From an uncultured Candidatus Saccharibacteria bacterium (GTDB taxonomy: Bacteria > Patescibacteriota > Andersenbacteria > UBA10190): DNA of 64,000 nucleotides. Position numbers and translations under genes: made by a program. Positions within the stretch are counted from its first letter, which is position 1; the number at the start of each line of letters is the position of its first letter. Of this stretch, positions 57,794 through 64,000 are shown one piece after another. The notes under the pieces are model-generated. The model did not search any database. It was not told the DNA's origin and saw only the letters and a list, made by a program, of their open reading frames with translations. Location of the stretch: assembly GCA_964450915.1 (NCBI GenBank), contig CAYVFG010000002.1, positions 5,379-69,378 on the forward strand. Reading direction: 5' to 3'.

Positions 57794-57969
57794 ATGCGCG
57801 TTCTTATATAATACATCGTCACAAACATACAAGCAGCGGCTGCTAACGCAGGAAATACGAGCACTGAGAACGTAGCAGGGTGCAGGTAGCGGGCATACGC
57901 CACAATGCTGGCAGAAATGATGAATGCGATACCTAGCAGCAAATCTATATTTCTCTTTCGCGATTCCAT
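57790..57969 (-). CDS. 59-aa two-TM small membrane protein (not in ORF track)
   Basis: MESRKRNIDLLLGIAFIISASIVAYARYLHPATFSVLVFPALAAAACMFVTMYYIRTRI; fills the gap exactly, and its TGA overlaps the next ATG. Confidence 0.7.
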   Translation of the reverse strand: MESRKRNIDLLLGIAFIISASIVAYARYLHPATFSVLVFPALAAAACMFVTMYYIRTRI

Positions 57970-58499
57970 AGGCTTTTTATATAATCCTTTGTCTGAGACA
58001 TAGTAGGCATCACTGGATATACCCTAGCATGAATGTCGCTTACGCTCCATTGAACAGGTTCCCCGTCCGTAAACAGCATCATATCGATAGACTGGTTTGT
58101 ATCCTGAAACGATGCAGTAACTGGGAATAGCAATGTTTTCGTTTGCAATCCTGCCTTGTCTACATCTTTATTGTAGAGCTGTTCCTTATCATACCCAAGC
58201 CAAAATACGCCATTTCGGACGCCTAAGTCTATCGTATTTGCATGCTCGGGATTAAACGTGATAGTTATGGCAATCTCTTTTCCAAATACAGGAGAATTTA
58301 TAAATACATCTGCATGCGCTAAGGATTCTAAAATATGCGTAGTATTATCTTGAATAGGGTAGGGGATAGCATGTATGGTTTCCAATGGAGCAATGTTTAC
58401 CGGCCCCGAATACAAAATAGGGCGAATATATATAGCGCCCGTAATGATAAGCGCCAACAATATGCAGATGCTGCTATTTGCGAATAATCGATTTTGCAT
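57945..58499 (-). CDS. Membrane-anchored hypothetical protein with beta-rich domain
   Basis: N-terminal TM, soluble body of about 150 aa, overlaps both neighbours co-directionally. Confidence 0.7.
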   Translation of the reverse strand: MQNRLFANSSICILLALIITGAIYIRPILYSGPVNIAPLETIHAIPYPIQDNTTHILESLAHADVFINSPVFGKEIAITITFNPEHANTIDLGVRNGVFWLGYDKEQLYNKDVDKAGLQTKTLLFPVTASFQDTNQSIDMMLFTDGEPVQWSVSDIHARVYPVMPTMSQTKDYIKSLWNREREI

Positions 58500-59904
58500 A
58501 CGCAATATCTTTCTCAGTAATTTCTTGTATAAGCCAAAGAACTATAACGAAGAGTAATCCTAGGAGCACATATTGCCCGAGAAGCGCAATGCCTGACACT
58601 TTCCAAAAATATGTCGGCAATACAGCACATACGGTTGCGACGCAGACATTCACAGTGCTGCGCACAGGAAATGAGATCTTGAATACTTGAAAGGTATACA
58701 CTCCCAATGCAATAAGCCCAAGAGCCCCAGCAATGGTTGTTTGCCATGCCGCACCAATAAGGCCGTACATGGGAATCAGGAACATGCCCAACACGGCGCT
58801 TGTAACTATCATCGCACCTGTTATATACAATCCAACCTTTGCCTTGCCGGCACCGGCGACTATGTTCGCTAGGAGCAAATAGAACGACAAGCAGCCGAGC
58901 CCGAGCATTAATATCGTTAAAATAGGCGCTGCTTGGATATACTTGGTTGAGAAAAATAGTATCACAAGCCCCTTGCTTGTTGCGGACGCAAGAACGATGC
59001 TCGGAACGATGAGAATGATCAGGTATCTCAATGCATCTTTGATAAATTGGATAGCTTTATCGTGGTCTGCCCCGGGGCGAGTGAGCGCCGCCACACTCGG
59101 AAGCAACACGAACGATAATCCTTGTAGCAGCATGTATGAAATCCTTGAAAGCGTTACGGCAGCATTGTAGTATCCGGCAAGGACGTCATTTTTGAGCATC
59201 GCTTTCACCATGAATAAGTCTTGGCTCATCAAAATTTGCAAGCCAACCAAGATAATCGCATACGTGCCGGCAAACGAAAGAAACGATCGCACATGAATGG
59301 CATGCCCCTCGCTTTTTGGAATATTCCGTGTCCAATACCATCCAAGAATTGCAGCAATGATTCCGCCAATTGCGAATCCTGCCAGCGCGCCGTAGAGAGA
59401 AAAGAAATAGAGCAACGCCAGCGCGCCGCACAATTTTGCAATTGCATATATAGAGGTTAAAAATGCCTGCGCATTAAAACGATGCATGCCGCTCAAAAAT
59501 TGAACATAAATTGGATAGAACGCCTGGAAAAAGATAATGACCGAAACAAACAGGACATATAAACTCAAATGAGGATCGTGCAAGGCAAACGCAATAAGAG
59601 GTGAGGCAAGAGCTAGCAGCAACGACAGCCCGATACTGATTAAGAGCTGGAGCCGAAGCGCGTGCGACAGTATCGACTTCGCATGCTGCGGATCCTGGGC
59701 AACGAATTTTGAAACGGCGCTTGGCACTCCAAGAGTCAAAATCATTCCAAAAATTGTTTGAATAGAGAGCACCACACCGTATATTCCATACTCCGCCGGT
59801 CCGAGTAATCGCCCAATTAATACATGCGTTGCATAACCAAACAGCAGCACGATTGCCTGAGCTACCATTAACGCAATTGCTCCTGTTAATTTTGTCTGTT
59901 TCAT
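58474..59904 (-). CDS. Wzx-type oligosaccharide flippase
   Basis: GRLLGPAEYG, GYYNAA, LIPMYGLIGAA; about 14 TM segments. Confidence 0.9.
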   Translation of the reverse strand: MKQTKLTGAIALMVAQAIVLLFGYATHVLIGRLLGPAEYGIYGVVLSIQTIFGMILTLGVPSAVSKFVAQDPQHAKSILSHALRLQLLISIGLSLLLALASPLIAFALHDPHLSLYVLFVSVIIFFQAFYPIYVQFLSGMHRFNAQAFLTSIYAIAKLCGALALLYFFSLYGALAGFAIGGIIAAILGWYWTRNIPKSEGHAIHVRSFLSFAGTYAIILVGLQILMSQDLFMVKAMLKNDVLAGYYNAAVTLSRISYMLLQGLSFVLLPSVAALTRPGADHDKAIQFIKDALRYLIILIVPSIVLASATSKGLVILFFSTKYIQAAPILTILMLGLGCLSFYLLLANIVAGAGKAKVGLYITGAMIVTSAVLGMFLIPMYGLIGAAWQTTIAGALGLIALGVYTFQVFKISFPVRSTVNVCVATVCAVLPTYFWKVSGIALLGQYVLLGLLFVIVLWLIQEITEKDIAYAKSIIRK

Positions 59905-62171
59905 AGGCCGAGCGCTATTAGATCGATGCCAATTGTTTTATGCATCGGATTATCTATAGTAAGCGTGATAAATCCTCTGTCGTCAATATGGGCTTGTTCC
60001 GGCGAGAGGGTGATAGCTTGCTGCACTTCATTACTCAGGCTTATTTTCTCACCGGATGTCGCAATAACAGAAAGGCCTGAAACGGGTGCCGTAAGGCGAA
60101 TGACGAACTGCAATTCCGAATCATTCGGCCATATTTTTTGCACATAATCTGCAACGTTAAATTCAAGCGGGATATACGGGGACGATGTCTGCCTGTAGGT
60201 TATATGTTTTATTGCTTTTGGGTCAGAAAGTTCCGGAGTGCGAATACTTGCTTCCAAATGTTCGAACGCATCTTCATCATCGCCGATATCGTTTGCAAGG
60301 GTTGTAGGTTTTAGCAAAAAATCACAAAGCGAATCTGCGCTGCATGACGAATCCGTATTTTTTATTTTATATATGCCAGCATTGTCAGCAATGTTTACTT
60401 CTTGCAACAGAGGGTTATGGGCAAATGCGAATTCGGACGATCCGGCAATACCGGTGACATAGCCTACAGAATGCTTCGCAAGTAGATTTGCTATTTCCGG
60501 GAGAGAGCCCAATGCAAATATTTTTTCATAATCCAATTGATTGATATACAGGTTATTTCGAATAGCAGATTGGCCGGCTTCGTTCATCTGCGTTTGCAAA
60601 TCTGAAGATATTCTCGTAAACATCGGGTGACCCGATAGCACGAACCAGGAAGCGGATCGCTTATTATAATCGTCAATTAAAATTCCCATACCCGATTTAT
60701 CCTGAGCGAGACGAGAAATTACATATTGCTGATCGCTCGTGAGCGTTGAATTTGTTCGAACGCTATGGCTTATGGATCCGAACGCCTTCTGAGTAGAAGA
60801 GATGGTTGCAGCAAGAACAATAACTATCGTAATGGCGAATAGAGATTTTTTTCTTCCGGCAATGCTCCAAAAGAAGTACGCCCCCAGAATAGAGAACGGA
60901 ACTGCGATGTAAAACAATGCCCTGATCGGCGGAATATCTATGCCGAGATTCGGCCCTTGTGATAGCGCAAACATAGCAAGCGCCATGATGCAAAATATAA
61001 TGTGCAAAGGATTCGTGCGGCGCTTGCGTGTGGCTTGGATAAGAAGCAGCACCAGTCCGAATAAACCCGCAAAAAACCACACAGTCCCCATAGTGCTTGG
61101 ATAGTCTGTAATATTGGGCAGCAAATTTGCCAAATGTGGGTGAAGGGTGAAAATTGACGGAATTTTCTTAATCAGCCCAAAAGCAATTGCAAAGAATATT
61201 GCCGCAGCAATACCGATAATCGCCCCAGCTGAAACGTGCCAGTGACTGCGTATTCCATTTTTAATATCCTTGCTGTGAATAATGGCCAATGTAATTCCGC
61301 CAAATAGAAACGCAAACGCTCCGATAAATGCTGAGAATTGATGGGTGAAAAATAGAGCAATTGCGCAGGTAAAGAACAATACGATGTCCGTCCACTTACG
61401 CCTTGCCACAAACGAAAGCGCCAGCAATATCATTCCAAACAAGAAAAACTCTCCGAATGAGTTTTGAAAGTGATACCCGGGTTCTCGCAAGTATCGCAAA
61501 AATCGAAACTGCGTAAGCAGGAGGATGATGCTAAGTAACGGCAACAACATATATTTCTTTTTTGGAAAAAGCTCTTGCGTAAGCGCCCCGGCAATCCACG
61601 CAACAGCAATCGCCGAGACAATAGAAAAAATACTAATCGTAAGAAGGGGAAGTGCCGATACTCGCATTACGAACGCAGACACGCCGTGCAAGCCGGGAGT
61701 ATAGAAATCAACCGGATCGCGATTTAATAGGGCAAAAGATTTGCTGTAATCGGGGAGATGGTTGGTTGCAATAGAATCCTGCGCCCAAATAATAGTTTTT
61801 TGAACGTCGCCAGTTGGCAAACCGTCTTGAATAAATAAAAATGGAACAATAAAGAAAGAGGAAAGCAATACCACACCCAGCACCACGGCGAGTACGCGCG
61901 CCATATTCATATAGGAATATATTTCTTTTTTGAAAACGAGCGAAGCAAACAATCCGACAATAGCTATTCCTGCAAAACTATACGCGACAGGAATACCCAC
62001 CAATAATCCGAGCATCAGAGCAATAATGTTTATCCCTAAGCTCCACAAGAGAATCCGCGCACCTTTGGAAAATACTTCGGTGCTATTTCGAATTTTTATA
62101 AAAAATATTCCGGGTATAAAAAACGGCAAAAATGCTGCAACAACAGCCCAAATAGCTTGTACTATACTCAT
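59901..62171 (-). CDS. Large polytopic GT-C-like membrane protein with C-terminal soluble domain
   Basis: PTGD loop, FYTPGLH, many TM segments; TATAAT 8 nt before ATG62171. Confidence 0.65.
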   Translation of the reverse strand: MSIVQAIWAVVAAFLPFFIPGIFFIKIRNSTEVFSKGARILLWSLGINIIALMLGLLVGIPVAYSFAGIAIVGLFASLVFKKEIYSYMNMARVLAVVLGVVLLSSFFIVPFLFIQDGLPTGDVQKTIIWAQDSIATNHLPDYSKSFALLNRDPVDFYTPGLHGVSAFVMRVSALPLLTISIFSIVSAIAVAWIAGALTQELFPKKKYMLLPLLSIILLLTQFRFLRYLREPGYHFQNSFGEFFLFGMILLALSFVARRKWTDIVLFFTCAIALFFTHQFSAFIGAFAFLFGGITLAIIHSKDIKNGIRSHWHVSAGAIIGIAAAIFFAIAFGLIKKIPSIFTLHPHLANLLPNITDYPSTMGTVWFFAGLFGLVLLLIQATRKRRTNPLHIIFCIMALAMFALSQGPNLGIDIPPIRALFYIAVPFSILGAYFFWSIAGRKKSLFAITIVIVLAATISSTQKAFGSISHSVRTNSTLTSDQQYVISRLAQDKSGMGILIDDYNKRSASWFVLSGHPMFTRISSDLQTQMNEAGQSAIRNNLYINQLDYEKIFALGSLPEIANLLAKHSVGYVTGIAGSSEFAFAHNPLLQEVNIADNAGIYKIKNTDSSCSADSLCDFLLKPTTLANDIGDDEDAFEHLEASIRTPELSDPKAIKHITYRQTSSPYIPLEFNVADYVQKIWPNDSELQFVIRLTAPVSGLSVIATSGEKISLSNEVQQAITLSPEQAHIDDRGFITLTIDNPMHKTIGIDLIALGL

Positions 62172-63319
62172 ACCAAACAATTATAATATACCTTTGCAGT
62201 TTCTTGATACGAATACTCTTCACCTTTTTCATACAGCGCCCTTTTATCTTCTTCCGAAATAGGATGCTGCAACAGATCTATAATATGATGCGCATATTCT
62301 CGAGCATCTCCCGCAGAAGCGAAAAACTTGCTATGCAAACTTTCGGGAAGAATAATGGGGCGAATCCCTATATTGCTTGTAACAATAGGTATGCCAGAGA
62401 CGCATGCAAGCATTGCGCGATAGCTGCTTTTTGCACGATTTACGATACTGTCATCTATCGGATCAACGATAATAGTTGTTTTTGCAGTAATTTCTGAAAT
62501 ATCTGCATCAGAAAATCGACCAAACCATTCAACGTAGCGTTCTACATTCTTTTCAGAAAATATTTTTCGCAATTCCTGCTCATCGTCCCCGGATCCCGCA
62601 ATAAGCATTGTTGCATCGGGAATTTCTTTTCGTACTTGCTGCAATATTTCTGGCAACATAAAAACCAAGTGCCCAGATGATGCCGAAATGCTGCCGATAT
62701 AGGTGATGACGTTATTCGAGCGATCAAGACCAGCCTCCGCCTGCTGGGCTTCGGCGGTTAAACCGGTAGGGATTAATGTTATTGGCACATCTTTTTGCGC
62801 AATTGCACGCATATGGTCTACGAGAAACGGTGTTGCGGCAATAATGTTCTGCGCCATTACACTTGCTCTTCGTTCTGCCCAATGCAGTACCGCGCGCTCG
62901 GACAAGCTCGATACAACATTTGCAAATAATTCAAAATCATCTACATCTAAAACAACTTTAGTTTTGATAAATATTCGAGCAAGAGATACGGCAAATACAT
63001 TCTCCGGAAGCGGCTTTACGATTACTATAACGTCCGGACGAATACTCAGTAACGATTGCAAAGCACGAATGGCATTGCCAAGCATTAAGAATAACAATGC
63101 GGCTCCGCGTTTTCGCTTTTTTCCTTCAGCTGTTCGTGCAAACGGATTCTTGCCAACACTCACAACGCTCAACCCGTCGATTTGCGGCGTTTCGCCCTCA
63201 TCATGCACCAGCAGCGTCACATCGTTGCCCATTCGGGCAATTTCTTTTGCAACAGGGATAATTCGCCCGATAAGCGTGGACTGAACGATCGATTGCGTTG
63301 TAACAAAAGCGATCTTCAT
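62168..63319 (-). CDS. GT4 glycosyltransferase, atypical
   Basis: LDVDDFE, IPTG, YIGS, NRAKSS....ACVSGIPIVTSNIG. Confidence 0.8.
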   Translation of the reverse strand: MKIAFVTTQSIVQSTLIGRIIPVAKEIARMGNDVTLLVHDEGETPQIDGLSVVSVGKNPFARTAEGKKRKRGAALLFLMLGNAIRALQSLLSIRPDVIVIVKPLPENVFAVSLARIFIKTKVVLDVDDFELFANVVSSLSERAVLHWAERRASVMAQNIIAATPFLVDHMRAIAQKDVPITLIPTGLTAEAQQAEAGLDRSNNVITYIGSISASSGHLVFMLPEILQQVRKEIPDATMLIAGSGDDEQELRKIFSEKNVERYVEWFGRFSDADISEITAKTTIIVDPIDDSIVNRAKSSYRAMLACVSGIPIVTSNIGIRPIILPESLHSKFFASAGDAREYAHHIIDLLQHPISEEDKRALYEKGEEYSYQETAKVYYNCLV

Positions 63320-64000
63320 GCGACTGCTGCAACACGATTCTTTTCCTGCTTGCTAATTCTCGTTATAAGGGGAAGTATTGCTAGCGCAGATTTTATTAGA
63401 GTTACGGTATCAAGCTTGCTCCCGTCTTTTGATTCCCATGCGATAGGGAAGTTGTGAGTGGTGTATCCTCTGCGGATAGATCGATATGCGATCTCCGTAT
63501 CGAATAGCCATCTGTTTTCTTCCAAATCTTTATACAAATCTTGCGCTACTTCTTTTTTATATCCCTTAAAACCGCACATCGTGTCAATATCTCCGAAGCC
63601 GAACAGCCTCATGTACGCGCGATTTAAATATCCGGAAAGAGATCGCAATGCGGAATGCCGCTCCATCACAGAGCCTGGGAGCCACCTGCTTCCGATAGCG
63701 ATATCGTATCCCTCCAATGCCGCTATCATTTTTGGCAATTCAGAAATATCAGTAGCACCGTCTGCGTCCATGAATACTATATGATCGCCAGTTGCAGCCA
63801 GTACGCCTGCTTTTACTGCGGCGCCTTTTCCCATATTCTGCGGTTGAGAAATGACGAAAAATCCGGGAATACCAGAACCTGCTTGCCGTGCTGTTTCTTG
63901 CGTGTTATCCGTACTCCCATCATCAACAATTAATACTTCAGAAATTTGCGTCGGGTGCGCAGAGCAGTAAGAAGCAATTGATACTAGAAACGGCTGGAGC
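63316..64000 (-). CDS. Dolichyl/polyprenyl-phosphate beta-glucosyltransferase (Alg5-like GT2), 5' partial
   Basis: Frame stays open past the window end: VDDGSTD...NMGKGAAV, MDADGAT, DTMCGFK, WLFDTE, GSK. Confidence 0.9.
   Translation of the reverse strand, partial: LQPFLVSIASYCSAHPTQISEVLIVDDGSTDNTQETARQAGSGIPGFFVISQPQNMGKGAAVKAGVLAATGDHIVFMDADGATDISELPKMIAALEGYDIAIGSRWLPGSVMERHSALRSLSGYLNRAYMRLFGFGDIDTMCGFKGYKKEVAQDLYKDLEENRWLFDTEIAYRSIRRGYTTHNFPIAWESKDGSKLDTVTLIKSALAILPLITRISKQEKNRVAAVA

Noticed and set aside
188-63933. Numerous 60-195 aa ORFs in the track overlapping long genes
   Set aside because: They are antisense or off-frame shadows of well-supported CDSs, with no motifs or expression signals
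1-64000. Alternative genetic code (TGA=Gly, as in Gracilibacteria/Absconditabacteria)
   Set aside because: Genes are full length under the standard code, and many end in TGA with ATGA coupling
1-64000. CRISPR array, tRNA/rRNA, transposase/integrase, DGR template/variable repeats
   Set aside because: No spaced direct repeats, RNA gene structure, recombinase or RT motifs, or near-identical long repeats were seen by eye; the intergenic space is accounted for

Overview
The 64-kb window is almost entirely one tightly packed cell-surface glycosylation island, read with the standard genetic code. Its likely source is a Patescibacteria (CPR)-type genome; this is inferred from the pilin signature, gene packing and GT-C expansion, not proven. 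It encodes about 17 polytopic GT-C-fold glycosyltransferases (PMT/ArnT-like and YfhO-like), 4 polyprenol-phosphate sugar synthases (GT2), about 8 GT4/GT-B enzymes and 2 GT9 enzymes. It also encodes Wzx, MurJ and half-GtrA flippases, 5 SAM methyltransferases, 3 NDP-sugar epimerase/reductases, an AsnB-type amidotransferase and a pilin-like protein. Beyond the annotation, five patterns stand out. (1) Many resident genes carry a -10 box only 6-9 nt before the ATG, consistent with leaderless transcription. (2) Four unrelated guest mini-cassettes sit between them, each with a TTGACA promoter at the previous gene's end, a leader with SD, a small ORF and a terminator. They encode a GroES-tail-like protein, an orphan long ACP, a 39-aa Cys-rich TM peptide and a 50-aa Cys/His peptide; the last two are absent from the ORF track. 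(3) An unnamed beta-rich extracytoplasmic domain of about 120-140 aa appears shuffled among 7 proteins. (4) A 30-bp palindrome is inserted in frame in a GT-C gene. (5) Convergent genes overlap at their stops. No rRNA, tRNA, CRISPR array or transposase was seen. All family calls are by motif recognition, without database searches.
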